A DNA stretch of 64,000 bases, taken from positions 200,535 to 264,534 of the forward strand of contig JBAZXC010000001.1 in assembly GCA_041660065.1 (NCBI GenBank), read 5' to 3'. Below the pieces are notes generated by a model. That model made no database searches. It was not told the origin of the DNA and saw only the letters and a list, made by a program, of their open reading frames with translations. Shown one piece after another: positions 1-10,719 of the stretch; position 1 is the first letter of the stretch, and each line of letters begins with the position of its first letter. This stretch comes from Parcubacteria group bacterium (GTDB taxonomy: Bacteria > Patescibacteriota > Minisyncoccia > Moranbacterales > GCA-2747515). Position numbers and translations under genes: made by a program.

Positions 1-344
1 AGCACGTGGATGCGTGCGATCAATTCTTCGATGGCAAAAGGTTTTGTCATATAGTCGTTCGCGCCACACTGAAAGGCCTGTACTTTTTTTGCCACCTCTT
101 TCTCTGCTGTGAGCATGACGATTGGCATATTTTTGCCGTTTTTGCGCAAAGTGTCACAAATATCGATCCCATTTTTTTCCGGAAGATTATGGTCGAGGAT
201 GACGATATCATAGGCATTTGCACGCGCCATGCGTTCGCCCTGTGAGCCATTTTCCGCAACATCGACAGTAAAAAGCTCTGATTCTAGTCCTTTTTTGACA
301 AATGTTGCGATATCTTTTTCATCTTCTGCGAGGAGAATTTTCAT
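1..344 (-). CDS. OmpR/PhoB-family response regulator, N-terminal receiver domain (runs off the window edge)
   Basis: Manual translation, not in the ORF track: MKILLAEDEKDIATFVKKGLE...YDIVILDHNLPEKNGIDIC...PIVMLTA...GANDYMTKPFAIEELIARI. The acidic pair, phospho-Asp, T and KP motifs are all present. Confidence 0.92.
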   Translation of the reverse strand, partial: MKILLAEDEKDIATFVKKGLESELFTVDVAENGSQGERMARANAYDIVILDHNLPEKNGIDICDTLRKNGKNMPIVMLTAEKEVAKKVQAFQCGANDYMTKPFAIEELIARIHV

Positions 345-381
345 AGAGATCAGTTAATTACCTGTTTACGTTTTAAAGGCT

Positions 382-410
382 ATTATAGCACATATTTTAT
401 AAAATGTCAA
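382..410 (-). promoter_or_regulatory. sigma70 promoter for the response regulator
   Basis: On the minus strand TTGACA-17 bp-TATAAT. Confidence 0.75.
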
Positions 411-500
411 ATGTTTGATTTGTGGGGTGTTTTTGTAAAAACGTGTTTTTTGTGCAGAGTGTTGTATAATAAAAAAGTATAAACAGCTAATAATTCTGTC

Positions 501-1235
501 ATGGGAAAGGATCAATTGCATAATTTGCTTTTTTTGGATGTCGAGACGACGGGTCTCGAAGAAGAAGATCGACTGGTACAGGTCGCCTATGTGTATAATG
601 ACACAGAAAATGAATCGCTTTTCCATCCCGGGCGTGCGATGAGCATACGGTCAATGGAAATAACGCATATCACCAATAAGCATCTGGAAGGAAAAGAAAA
701 ATTTGTCGGATCATCTTTTTACAAAGAACTTGAAAAAATTCTTGCAAAAGAGGATACGATCTTTGTCGCGCACAATGCATCGTTTGATATGGGCATGCTC
801 GCGCGTGAAGGATTGGCGGTCAACAAATTTATCGACACGTTCAAAATCGCGCAGGAATTAGATGTCAAAGGAGATATTCCTGCATATCGTTTGCAATATT
901 TGCGGTATTATCTGGGGATCGATTTGGATGATGCGTGTGCCCACAGCGCGCTTGGTGATGTGAAGGTGTTGGTTGCGCTTTTTGAGCGGATGTATGATAA
1001 GATGTGTGCAAATGACGCGCACGATGCGGTGATCCAAAAAATGGTGCATATTTCCTCGCAACCGACATTAATCAAACGATTTAATTTTGGTAAGTATAAT
1101 GGGGAATTGATCGCAGATGTTGCACGCAAAGATCATGGGTACCTCTCGTGGCTTCTCGGACAGAAAGAATCTGATGCGGCAAATGGTGCGCTGGAGGAAG
1201 ATTGGATCTTTACATTGAAAAAATACATCCGTTAA
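501..1235 (+). CDS. DEDDh 3'-5' exonuclease (DnaQ/exonuclease X-like)
   Basis: FLDVETTG, VAHNASFD and AHSALGDV motifs; C-terminal FNFGKYNG...YLSWL domain as in ExoX-like proteins. Confidence 0.88.
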   Translation: MGKDQLHNLLFLDVETTGLEEEDRLVQVAYVYNDTENESLFHPGRAMSIRSMEITHITNKHLEGKEKFVGSSFYKELEKILAKEDTIFVAHNASFDMGMLAREGLAVNKFIDTFKIAQELDVKGDIPAYRLQYLRYYLGIDLDDACAHSALGDVKVLVALFERMYDKMCANDAHDAVIQKMVHISSQPTLIKRFNFGKYNGELIADVARKDHGYLSWLLGQKESDAANGALEEDWIFTLKKYIR

Positions 1236-1250
1236 CATGTGGAAATATCT

Positions 1251-2186
1251 ATGAAAAAATATTATACGATCGGCACGGTGATCATCATGGGATTCGTTTT
1301 GTCCGGTTGTGCGAGTGTCTTCTCCCCAAAAAATGATCTGGCAGAGCAAAACGCACGTGCCGCTGAGGAAAAAGATGCAATGACAGAACAGTTTGTGCAA
1401 GCACAAGTACAAGAGGGTATATTGCATGAAGACGAGGTGCGGAGATTGATCACTGCAAGCGAGGAGGCGGCGCTTCTTGACGTATCGCGTGCGCCGGAGT
1501 TGTTGAAAGAGCATACATATGGGGAAAAGCTCGTGATGATCGGCACATTTGTCAAAAAAATGATGGCGGATACGGGACGTACGCGCATCTCACAGCGTGA
1601 TAGTGTCCTTACGGATACGGAGATCCCGATGGTAGATCTCATCACAGGGGCAAAGAAATATTATTATGGAGAGGATGGGGAACAACGATATCAAGACTAT
1701 CTCGCGCAACGTTTTGGGATCGGTGTGTATCCTACGATCGATGAGTTGAATGGAACATGGCACGGAGAGATGACTGTGACCAAAGTAATGATCTTTCATG
1801 AATTGGGCACGGCGCCAATCGGTTATGATGAGGCAAAGATCAATGCGCTGGAGGGGGAAAAGGATGCAATCAGTTTTACTCTTGCCGCAAAAAGTGCGGA
1901 CACGGGAACGTTGACGCCTGTAGCGGGTGAAAATGTTTCATCGATGCCGTTTGTTTATGATTTTATCCCAAAATTTACAGACAAGATCACATCGGCATCA
2001 TTTACATATCACGATGTTAAAGAGAAAGGGCAAATGAATGTGGCGTTCGGACGAGGGCAAATCAACGGCACGATGCTTTTGCATGCAACCAAAGGGGATG
2101 GTGGCGCTCTCAGTGGTACGACAAGCATAGATCTTTTCAACGGATATATCAAAATAAGTGGGGAAATCACTGCAAAAAAACAATAA
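1251..2186 (+). CDS. Hypothetical lipoprotein
   Basis: Signal peptide with lipobox LSGC; long ORF. Confidence 0.7.
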   Translation: MKKYYTIGTVIIMGFVLSGCASVFSPKNDLAEQNARAAEEKDAMTEQFVQAQVQEGILHEDEVRRLITASEEAALLDVSRAPELLKEHTYGEKLVMIGTFVKKMMADTGRTRISQRDSVLTDTEIPMVDLITGAKKYYYGEDGEQRYQDYLAQRFGIGVYPTIDELNGTWHGEMTVTKVMIFHELGTAPIGYDEAKINALEGEKDAISFTLAAKSADTGTLTPVAGENVSSMPFVYDFIPKFTDKITSASFTYHDVKEKGQMNVAFGRGQINGTMLLHATKGDGGALSGTTSIDLFNGYIKISGEITAKKQ

Positions 2187-2203
2187 TTATTTATTGATTG
2201 CAT

Positions 2204-3343
2204 ATGAAAAAGATTGCACTCATGGGGAGTACGGGATCGATCGGTACACAGACGCTTGATGTCGTGCGAAAGTATCCGGATAAGTTGCATGTTTTTGCCT
2301 TGACGGCACATGGCAATACGGACTTGCTCTATGAACAGATCCAGGAATTTCAGCCGGAAGTGATCGGTGTGGCTGATGAGGAAAAAGCGCAAAAATTACA
2401 AAAAAAGATCCACCGAGAAGTGCTGACCGGTCCCGCCATGTTGCAAAAAATTGCCGGTATGGATGGATATGATACGTTTATCTCCGCAACAGTCGGGCTT
2501 ACGATCATCCGTGCAACGATCGATGCGATCCGCGCGGGCAAAGACATCGCACTCGCCAACAAGGAAACACTTGTCGCCGCCGGTGAGATCGTCATGCGAG
2601 AAGCCAAAAAATATCATGCGCGCATCATGCCGATCGATTCGGAGCATAGCGCGCTTTTTCAATGTTTGAATGGCGAACGTAAAAACGATATCGCATCGCT
2701 TGTGGTCACCTGTTCCGGCGGTGCGTTGTGCGACAAAACAAAAGAGGAATTACAGCATGTGTCGATCACGGATGCATTGGGGCACAAGACATGGAACATG
2801 GGACAAAAGATCACGATCGACAGCGCAACACTCATGAACAAGGGGTTTGAGGTGATCGAAGCGATGTGGCTCTATGATGTCGCGCCAAAAAACATTCGTG
2901 TCGTGATCCATCCGGAAAGCCTGATCCACTCAATGATCGAATATACTGACGGGTCGATCATGGCGCAGATCTCGGAGCCGGATATGCGCTTGCCGATCCA
3001 ATATGCGCTCAGTTATCCTGAGCGATGGGGACGTGCGGTAAAACAGCATAACTTTGATCGTGCATACACATTTGCCGAGCCGGATCCGGAGCGTTTCCCA
3101 TGTTTGGGGTATGCATTTGATGCGATGGACAAGCGTGGCACAATGCCTGCGGCGATGAATGCGGCAAATGATTATATGGTGGCAGAATTTCTCGCCGGCA
3201 GATGTACGTATCTCGATATTCCACGTATGATCAAAAAGGTGATGGATGCGCATGATGTTGTGCTCGCGCCGACATTGGAGGATATTGAGCAAGCGATCAG
3301 TGATGCGACACATATGGCACAAAAATTTTTGCACGGCGAATGA
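2204..3343 (+). CDS. dxr: 1-deoxy-D-xylulose 5-phosphate reductoisomerase
   Basis: GSTGSIG, LANKE, PIDSEH, WNMGQKITIDSATLMNKG and DMRLPI motifs. Confidence 0.97.
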   Translation: MKKIALMGSTGSIGTQTLDVVRKYPDKLHVFALTAHGNTDLLYEQIQEFQPEVIGVADEEKAQKLQKKIHREVLTGPAMLQKIAGMDGYDTFISATVGLTIIRATIDAIRAGKDIALANKETLVAAGEIVMREAKKYHARIMPIDSEHSALFQCLNGERKNDIASLVVTCSGGALCDKTKEELQHVSITDALGHKTWNMGQKITIDSATLMNKGFEVIEAMWLYDVAPKNIRVVIHPESLIHSMIEYTDGSIMAQISEPDMRLPIQYALSYPERWGRAVKQHNFDRAYTFAEPDPERFPCLGYAFDAMDKRGTMPAAMNAANDYMVAEFLAGRCTYLDIPRMIKKVMDAHDVVLAPTLEDIEQAISDATHMAQKFLHGE

Positions 3344-3429
3344 GTTTTGAGATCTGATCAGCGGGCACTTTCTTTAAGGAGGAGGTCTTCGTGGCACACA
3401 ATAGGGTTTTTTCGATTGGACAGGCACTC

Positions 3430-3458
3430 TTGACAAGAGGGCTGTTTTTTGTTATAAT
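3430..3458 (+). promoter_or_regulatory. sigma70 promoter of the glycosylation operon
   Basis: TTGACA-17 bp-TATAAT with extended -10 TG. Confidence 0.8.
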
Positions 3459-3489
3459 AGACAGTTAATTTCAATAAAATAATGTGATT

Positions 3490-5193
3490 ATGAGTACAAA
3501 AGTTGTCGATTTTATCACGAGAATGTGGCAAAAAGTGTCCATTTTAAGCAAAAAAATCCCGGTCGTTTATTACGTCATCGTGTTTTTTGTGTTGGTCATT
3601 TTTGTGACCAACGAACTCTATTTGTGGCATAAGGACAGCAATAATGCAGAAAATTCTTCTCAGCAAAAAACTGCATCAAAAGCTAATGATCCTTTCGTGA
3701 TCATTTCCGCACAAAGAGACAATATGGATGAATTTAATAAAGAAGTGCAAGGCACGACGGATTCTACTTTTGAATTAGCGACATATGGATCGCCTAAAAA
3801 TATTGCGGTAAAAAATGCCGTAGTAAAATTATCAAAAGACCGATCGCACAGCGGGAAAAATAGCCTGTATATCAAAAGAGATGGTAAGCAGGCGAGTTCG
3901 GTGCGTCTGAAGAGTTATGTGGTTACGCAAAAAGACCAATATTATAAATTGGGCTTGTGGATCTCCAGCACGCAAGGTGGAAATTTCGATATTCTTTTGT
4001 CGAATGACGATCAGTCTTTGCCTGTTGCTACCGTCGGCATCGTCGCCAATCAAAAAAACGAATTCAGTTATTACGAATACAACTTTCGTTCTCCTGTGGA
4101 TGCAACGCATGTGGATCTTTCGATCGCCGGTGATGCACTCAAAGATGTTTTCATTGATGATATCAAGGTAATACCTCTCAATATCGATAAGCAAGAAGAT
4201 CTCGCCTCTATCAAAGTCACAGCAATCGGTGATGGCCGTCAAAAAAACATCGGAGCAAAACAAACAGTACACAGTGCCACTGCGGATGCATTGGCAGTCA
4301 AGGGAACGCTTGTGGGACAATCGTTTATCGCGAAGGCGGATACTGTGACCGGTGTGTCTTTTGCTTTGGTCAAAAAAGGTGACGGCGGGATCGGTGAGTA
4401 TACTGTGGAATTGCGAGAATTTGATGAAACGACAAAAACGATCTCCGACAAAAAGATTGCAGTAAAAACCTTTAATTCCGGCGAGGTCACATCCGCCACG
4501 ACATTTATTCCGCTATTTGCACAATTGGAAAAAGGGAAAAAATATTGGATCGGGATCAATAATGCCGGTGTAAAATTGAACAAGGATCATAACCTCGTTG
4601 TCGGGCAAGCAGGAGATGATCGTGCGTATCCGGACGGTGATGGGTGGATGCAACGTGGCGCAGACAAGACTTTTGTAAAAACAAACGATCTCTATTTCAT
4701 CGTGTACACTGCCGGAGTGATCAAGGTGGACAATGTCGCTCTTTCCTTTGGAGAGACGCTATATGATCTCGGGAAAGGGAAAAAGCGCGCAGAGTATCAA
4801 TGGGACACGACAAATGGCAACAAGATATTGGACATCGATGCACAAAACAATATTTCTGTAGATAAGTGGAAAAACATTTCATTTGTGGATGATGACGCTT
4901 ATGTCGTATACAAGGTTGGTATGAATGGAAAAAATATTGATCGTTTGACGCTGGCAAATATATCCTTTCACAAAAATATCAGTATCGCTCTTTCTACAGA
5001 TGGAAAAAAATGGATGGAGGTCTTCGCGGACGACTCAGGTAAACCCCGGCAAAATTCTGGAAAGATCGAAGTGCGACCTGTCACGAGTGCAAAAAATGTT
5101 TTCATCAAAGTAAAGAAAAATGGAAAAGATAGTAGCACTTTTATGGGTGGTCATGTTATACTTGATTTAGTAGATCAAAATTATGGAAAATAA
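3490..5193 (+). CDS. Membrane-anchored extracellular protein, probably with carbohydrate-binding beta-sandwich domains
   Basis: One N-terminal TM helix; SHSGKNSLYI...YKLGLWI...VFIDDIKV pattern resembling CBM4/9-type modules. Confidence 0.55.
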   Translation: MSTKVVDFITRMWQKVSILSKKIPVVYYVIVFFVLVIFVTNELYLWHKDSNNAENSSQQKTASKANDPFVIISAQRDNMDEFNKEVQGTTDSTFELATYGSPKNIAVKNAVVKLSKDRSHSGKNSLYIKRDGKQASSVRLKSYVVTQKDQYYKLGLWISSTQGGNFDILLSNDDQSLPVATVGIVANQKNEFSYYEYNFRSPVDATHVDLSIAGDALKDVFIDDIKVIPLNIDKQEDLASIKVTAIGDGRQKNIGAKQTVHSATADALAVKGTLVGQSFIAKADTVTGVSFALVKKGDGGIGEYTVELREFDETTKTISDKKIAVKTFNSGEVTSATTFIPLFAQLEKGKKYWIGINNAGVKLNKDHNLVVGQAGDDRAYPDGDGWMQRGADKTFVKTNDLYFIVYTAGVIKVDNVALSFGETLYDLGKGKKRAEYQWDTTNGNKILDIDAQNNISVDKWKNISFVDDDAYVVYKVGMNGKNIDRLTLANISFHKNISIALSTDGKKWMEVFADDSGKPRQNSGKIEVRPVTSAKNVFIKVKKNGKDSSTFMGGHVILDLVDQNYGK

Positions 5194-6130
5194 TATGACG
5201 CAAAAGATCTCCGTCGTGGTTCCTGCATATAATGAGGAAAAAAATATTCCACTTTTTTATGCACGTTTGAAAAACATTTTCGCAAATGCATCACAGTATG
5301 ATGTGGAAATGATCTTTGTCAATGATGGTAGTCGTGATAAGACATGGCAAGAGATCCAGAAATTGGCACTTAATGATGCGAGCGTGCGCGGTATTTGTTT
5401 TAGTCGTAATTTTGGTCATCAGATTGCACTTACGGCAGGCTATGATATAGCTACCGGTGATGCCATTATTTCTATGGATGCGGACATGCAAGATCCCCCG
5501 GAGCTTATTATGGATATGTTGGTGAAGTGGCATCATGGATGTGAAATTGTATATGCACGAAGACGAAATAGAAAAGATGGTTTTCTCAAAAAATTGACGG
5601 CAAAAATGTATTATGCACTTCTCAACAATGTATCTGATGTGGATATTCCGCGTAATGTGGGTGACTTTCGCCTGATCGATAAAAAGGTTTTGAACGAATT
5701 GAAAAAATGTCGTGAAAAATATCGCTATTTACGTGGTATGGTTGCATGGGTGGGATTTAGAAATTGCTATGTGGACTTTGATCGACCAAACAGGATCAAT
5801 GGAGAAACAGCGTATACATGGAAAAAAATGATCAAATTTGCCATGGATGGTTTTACGGGATTTTCTATGTTTCCGCTCAAAATTGCATCATATGTCGGCG
5901 GTTTTGTGATTATGACGGGATGCATGATGTTCCTTTATGTCGCATATGATTTTCTCATCAAAGACACACCATATCCACTCTATAAATGGTTGGTGATCTT
6001 GGTATACATCTTTATTGGTGTGCAGTTCATCTTGATGTGGCTGATCGGAGAGTACATCGGACGGATCCATGATCAACAAAAAGAGCGACCATTGTATGTA
6101 ATTAGAGAACGATTGAATTATGATGAATAA
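5183..6130 (+). CDS. GT2 glycosyltransferase, GtrB/DPM1-like polyprenol-phosphate sugar transferase
   Basis: VVVPAYNEE, VNDGSRD, SRNFGHQ, MDADMQDPPE and GDFRL motifs, two C-terminal TM helices, GEYIGRI...RPLY. Confidence 0.93.
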   Translation: MENNMTQKISVVVPAYNEEKNIPLFYARLKNIFANASQYDVEMIFVNDGSRDKTWQEIQKLALNDASVRGICFSRNFGHQIALTAGYDIATGDAIISMDADMQDPPELIMDMLVKWHHGCEIVYARRRNRKDGFLKKLTAKMYYALLNNVSDVDIPRNVGDFRLIDKKVLNELKKCREKYRYLRGMVAWVGFRNCYVDFDRPNRINGETAYTWKKMIKFAMDGFTGFSMFPLKIASYVGGFVIMTGCMMFLYVAYDFLIKDTPYPLYKWLVILVYIFIGVQFILMWLIGEYIGRIHDQQKERPLYVIRERLNYDE

Positions 6131-6932
6131 TCCACAAGTATCCGTTGTGATGCCAAATTACAATTGTGCCCGTTTTCTTGATGAGGCAATTGACAGTATA
6201 TTGCAACAGACATTTTGTGACTTTGAATTTATCATTATTGATGATGGAAGTACGGACAATTCGTGGGAGATTATTCAAAAATATGCATGTAAAGATGATC
6301 GGATAAGAGCGTTTAAAAATGAAAGAAATCAACACATAGTCTACTGTCGCAATAAAGGAGTTAGCCTTTCAAAGTGTGATCTCATAGCTTTTTTAGATAG
6401 TGATGATATTGCTTTTCCGGAAAGGTTAAAAATCCAAGTTGATTATATGCTCAAAAATCCAGATTGTGGCGTTTGTGGGTCTAACTTTGAGATGATAAAT
6501 GAAAAATCACAGTTGATTGGATACAAAAAATTTCCTGAAAATCATGATGCAATAAAAAAATCATTTTTTTTCTGCAATCCTTTCGGACAAAACACAGTTA
6601 TAGTCAGGAAAAAATGTTTTAATGAGGTTGGATTATATAATGATGAATATCGTAACGCTGAGGATTTGGATATGTGGGTGCGCATTGGAGGCAAATTTAA
6701 ATTACATAACATACAGAAAGATTTGGTAAAGTACAGGGTTCATGCAAAAAATAGTATGTTTACAAGTCAAAAAAGAATGATTAGGAGTACGCTAAAAATC
6801 AGAAAGAAAGCCATTTCAGAATATGGCTACGCGATGACTTTTAAAGGTCAAATTTTTTACTGGGGAACATGGTTGGCTCAATGGCTACCATCAAAATTTG
6901 TTTTTTGGATTTTTAATTTTTTAAAAAGATAA
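6120..6932 (+). CDS. GT2 family glycosyltransferase
   Basis: VSVVMPNYN, IDDGSTD, FLDSDD and AEDLDMW motifs. Confidence 0.93.
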   Translation: MMNNPQVSVVMPNYNCARFLDEAIDSILQQTFCDFEFIIIDDGSTDNSWEIIQKYACKDDRIRAFKNERNQHIVYCRNKGVSLSKCDLIAFLDSDDIAFPERLKIQVDYMLKNPDCGVCGSNFEMINEKSQLIGYKKFPENHDAIKKSFFFCNPFGQNTVIVRKKCFNEVGLYNDEYRNAEDLDMWVRIGGKFKLHNIQKDLVKYRVHAKNSMFTSQKRMIRSTLKIRKKAISEYGYAMTFKGQIFYWGTWLAQWLPSKFVFWIFNFLKR

Positions 6933-6988
6933 AATGTTGAAGAAAATTTTGAACAAATGAATCCATATTTTAATTTAATTTGAAATTT

Positions 6989-8134
6989 ATGAAAAAAAAT
7001 AAAGAAAAGGCAGTACTTATATTGGGTAGTTACGGTCATACGAACATTGGTGATGACTTGTTGATGTATAATTACGTATTTTTATTCCGCAATCTTGGAT
7101 TTAAAAAAATTTATACTAATGTAGCTGTTTCGGCTAATGTGCCTGAAGAAATAGCCAAGGTTGTTCACATGAAAGAAACCTATGGAACTTCTTTTTTGGA
7201 TTGGTTAAAAATATTGAAAGAGGTCGATGTTGTTTGTTATGGTGGTGGCACGATCTTAAAAGAACTCTACAGCTCAACTTCAAGATCTCGATATGCAGTG
7301 ATCATCAGGATGATGTTTTTTAATTTTTTTGCAAAGGTTGTGGGGAAGACCATATATAATTTAAACATTGGCATTGGCTCTTTGCAAACTATAGTTGGAA
7401 AATTAATTGTTAAAATATCATTAATATTTTGTGATTTTACGATTTTTCGAGATGCTGATTCATATAATTTTGCAAAGGATGAACTGAAAATTAATATAAA
7501 AAAAATAGGGTTGGGTGAGGATGGTTTATTCATAAATGAAAAATGGCATGACCATCGTGCTGAAAATCTTCCTATGAATGTACCAAATAGGGTTGGGGTC
7601 AATGTTCTTTTTAATATCCCAGATTGGGTTGATAGAGAAAGCTATCTCAAGGAACTAAGAGATTTTGTTAATAATATTTTGGAAAGAGGTTTTTTTGTGG
7701 TGTTTATTCCTTTTCAACACTTACTTGATAAAAATAATGACTTGGTTTTTATTGAGAGAGATATATTACCCTATTTAAAAAACAAAAATTATGAGCTAAT
7801 TCATCATGTGCAGATTGATAAGTTGGCAGAGACTTTAAAAGGACTTGATTTTTTTGTTGGTATGCGATTTCATTCTTTGCTGATGGCCATATCTACAGCG
7901 ACGCCGTTTCTTGCTATAGAATATGATACTAAGTGCTCTAGAATAATTAAAGAATATTCATATCCATATTCAGTGCAAATTGAAAACTTTTCTTGTGATT
8001 TATTGGTAAAGAATTTTGATGCACTGATTTCTAATCGAGAAAAAAATATTGATTTTTTGATTGAATTAGGCAATCGTTTATACGCTAAAGAATTTCAATG
8101 CGAGAAAGACCTGTGGAAAAAATTAGAGAAATAA
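6989..8134 (+). CDS. Polysaccharide pyruvyl transferase family protein (CsaB/WcaK-like)
   Basis: GSYGHTNIGDDL, YGGGTIL, FRDADS, VGMRFHSL and YDTK motifs. Confidence 0.88.
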   Translation: MKKNKEKAVLILGSYGHTNIGDDLLMYNYVFLFRNLGFKKIYTNVAVSANVPEEIAKVVHMKETYGTSFLDWLKILKEVDVVCYGGGTILKELYSSTSRSRYAVIIRMMFFNFFAKVVGKTIYNLNIGIGSLQTIVGKLIVKISLIFCDFTIFRDADSYNFAKDELKINIKKIGLGEDGLFINEKWHDHRAENLPMNVPNRVGVNVLFNIPDWVDRESYLKELRDFVNNILERGFFVVFIPFQHLLDKNNDLVFIERDILPYLKNKNYELIHHVQIDKLAETLKGLDFFVGMRFHSLLMAISTATPFLAIEYDTKCSRIIKEYSYPYSVQIENFSCDLLVKNFDALISNREKNIDFLIELGNRLYAKEFQCEKDLWKKLEK

Positions 8135-10704
8135 AAAAGATAATTACGAACAAATCTTCAGTTTGTCTTATTTTGATCTTCCTTTTCATTTTTGTCGTTC
8201 ATTTATTTATCTTTCGGGATATTGTTATGAATTTACCATCTCTTATGAGTGGTGAATCTGTGATTGTGCGCGAAGAGCTAGTTCCTTTTTTTGATTTTAA
8301 AAGTCAATTTCTTGATCAAATCAAGGGTGGAGAGTCCTATCTCACGATGACAGATGAAATACGAGTAGCATATTCTTTTTGGACGTCGTGGATGAGATAT
8401 TGGATTGTACTTCCTTTTGCTCTCATTATATTGAATAGTATTTCGGCCTTCCTGTTCTTTATCTCTGTGTACATGATTGAAAAGGAGATATTCAAAAAAA
8501 ACTCCAATTTCATCATGACAACTTCTTTCCTGACATCATTTTTTATTTATCTCATATTACTTTATTCAAAGGTAACTCATTTTTATACTTTAATATTTGG
8601 CTTTAGCTTGTTTGCTTTGGCAATCTCTATGACCATCAGAGAATTTTTCTTTCGTGATAAATTTTCTTTGAAATCTTCCATCTGGATTTCGATTTTGGTC
8701 CTTTTTAATCCCGCGATTCATTACCACATTCTTTATTACATTGTTTTTTCTTTGGTTGTGTCGTTTATATTTTTGATGAACGATAATTTCAAGGGAGAGA
8801 CAATTAAGTTTACAAAATATTTTAGTGTATTAATGCTCATCAGTTTGTTTCCATATGTAATATTTATTCTTTATGTGATAAATAATACTGATTCTGATAT
8901 TACTACTTCAATTGCAGTTAATTTCATGTTCATTTTTAATACATCAACATCCTTAACCCATATTTTTTCTTTGGACATAGCTGCCCCAGTTGATATGTTT
9001 TTGCATGGTAAATATCTAACAGATTTGCCACGCTATAGTAAAATACTCTTTTTCTTAATTTTGTTATTACCCCTAGCTTTTACTAGAGAAATAAATTCAC
9101 AAAAATCCAAAAAATTTATTATTTTTTCGTATTTTGTTCTCACTATTGCAATATGGATGTCGATCGGTTATTTGCAGGAATTTTCTTTTCATAGCATAGG
9201 ATCGGATTTTATGATTTATCTATCTCAGTTCTCATCTTGGGGTGTAAATATAGTTAAAAAAATTGTAGGAACAACAATTCAAATATTGAGATTCCCACAT
9301 CGTTTTGAATTTATTTTGTTTTATATAACTCCAATTTTAGCCACATTTTCTTTTGCTTTTTTGAAAAATAAATTTGGCTATGGTTTTGTGATAATCGCAA
9401 TATTTCTCAGTGTAGGAATGCCTTTTATAATTGACGTTGATCATAGAACATTTCTTGCTAGCGGTAATTATGGTGGATTTTTGAGCCCGATGAGGATTCC
9501 ATCAGATTTAAAAAAGATAAAAAGTATTATTCATGAAGATCTTGGCGTAGGATTTATTTTACCAACATTTGAGAGTGGTAGGGATATGCAGATTGATGAT
9601 AAAAATTATAATTTTATTGATAAGTTTTTAATATATTATTTAGATTCCCCAACTTTTTACTATGGAACTGGTGCTAAGACAGAAAATAGGATTAGAGCAT
9701 TCTTGGTTTATCAGGCAATTTTGGATGATTCTACATCTTGGGAGAATGTTTTAAATTCAGGAATGAATGTAAAATATATAATTAATCCACATACAGTATC
9801 TAAAACTTATGGGAATGTTTATTTGCCAGAGATTGATAATAAGTTAGACCAAAAACTTAATGATAGTTTATTATATCAAAGAGTCTATACTGGAGAATAT
9901 TTTGATTTATACAAAAGGAATATTGAAAAAAAATATGACAATAGTATTATGCTGGACGTTTCTTCTGAAAAGATTTTTCAATATTTAAAATTGTCAGAGA
10001 TAGATGAAAATACACTTTATTTTCCTCTTCAAGAAAAAAAATTTCTCCAGGGAGAAAAAGCGAAAATTCTTGTAACAGATAGCTTGGAGAGTTCGTATTA
10101 TAACTTGCTGGTGTTGAAAAATGATTCTATTTCTCATGTGTATCCAGATTCTGATTTGCTACCTTTCACCAAAGGTCTTATGCCGAGTACATTTTATACA
10201 AATATGCCACTTTCTTTGGAAGCTCTTCTGGGTGACAACTCATATAACTTTTTTGGAAGGCCTGTTACGGATATGATTAATCTCAGCTCGCCCCAGTTTA
10301 TTGGCATTGTTGATAAAAATTTTCAAATAAAATTTTCTTTTAAGATTAAAGATGTCGGAAAACATCGGTTGATTTTAAAAGCATCAACATCAGAAAATAA
10401 GATTTTTGTAACTCTATCTGGGAAAGAAGTTGAATTAAAAAGAATGGATCAAAATACAAATGTAAAGAATAAAGAAAATTTTTCATATTTTTATGCAGAT
10501 TATGATTTTGCTACAAAAGGTAACTATTTTCTGGGTGTAAAAAAGGAAAGTGACGATGGCGATCCTCTTCTGGTGGAGTCTCTTTCTGCTGTTCCTCAAT
10601 CATTATTTTATGAAGAAAACGATTCCTGGGTTGGCTCAGAATACCTCAAGCTTATTCGCTCAAATGAATCGGAGGTATATCACGTTGAGATTCATGAAGA
10701 GTAA
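8098..10704 (+). CDS. Large polytopic membrane protein with extracellular C-terminus, putative GT-C fold glycosyltransferase
   Basis: About 12 hydrophobic segments, an LRFPHRF loop motif, and position in a glycosylation locus. Confidence 0.5.
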   Translation: MRERPVEKIREIKKIITNKSSVCLILIFLFIFVVHLFIFRDIVMNLPSLMSGESVIVREELVPFFDFKSQFLDQIKGGESYLTMTDEIRVAYSFWTSWMRYWIVLPFALIILNSISAFLFFISVYMIEKEIFKKNSNFIMTTSFLTSFFIYLILLYSKVTHFYTLIFGFSLFALAISMTIREFFFRDKFSLKSSIWISILVLFNPAIHYHILYYIVFSLVVSFIFLMNDNFKGETIKFTKYFSVLMLISLFPYVIFILYVINNTDSDITTSIAVNFMFIFNTSTSLTHIFSLDIAAPVDMFLHGKYLTDLPRYSKILFFLILLLPLAFTREINSQKSKKFIIFSYFVLTIAIWMSIGYLQEFSFHSIGSDFMIYLSQFSSWGVNIVKKIVGTTIQILRFPHRFEFILFYITPILATFSFAFLKNKFGYGFVIIAIFLSVGMPFIIDVDHRTFLASGNYGGFLSPMRIPSDLKKIKSIIHEDLGVGFILPTFESGRDMQIDDKNYNFIDKFLIYYLDSPTFYYGTGAKTENRIRAFLVYQAILDDSTSWENVLNSGMNVKYIINPHTVSKTYGNVYLPEIDNKLDQKLNDSLLYQRVYTGEYFDLYKRNIEKKYDNSIMLDVSSEKIFQYLKLSEIDENTLYFPLQEKKFLQGEKAKILVTDSLESSYYNLLVLKNDSISHVYPDSDLLPFTKGLMPSTFYTNMPLSLEALLGDNSYNFFGRPVTDMINLSSPQFIGIVDKNFQIKFSFKIKDVGKHRLILKASTSENKIFVTLSGKEVELKRMDQNTNVKNKENFSYFYADYDFATKGNYFLGVKKESDDGDPLLVESLSAVPQSLFYEENDSWVGSEYLKLIRSNESEVYHVEIHEE

Positions 10705-10719
10705 ATTTGTATAAAAAAT

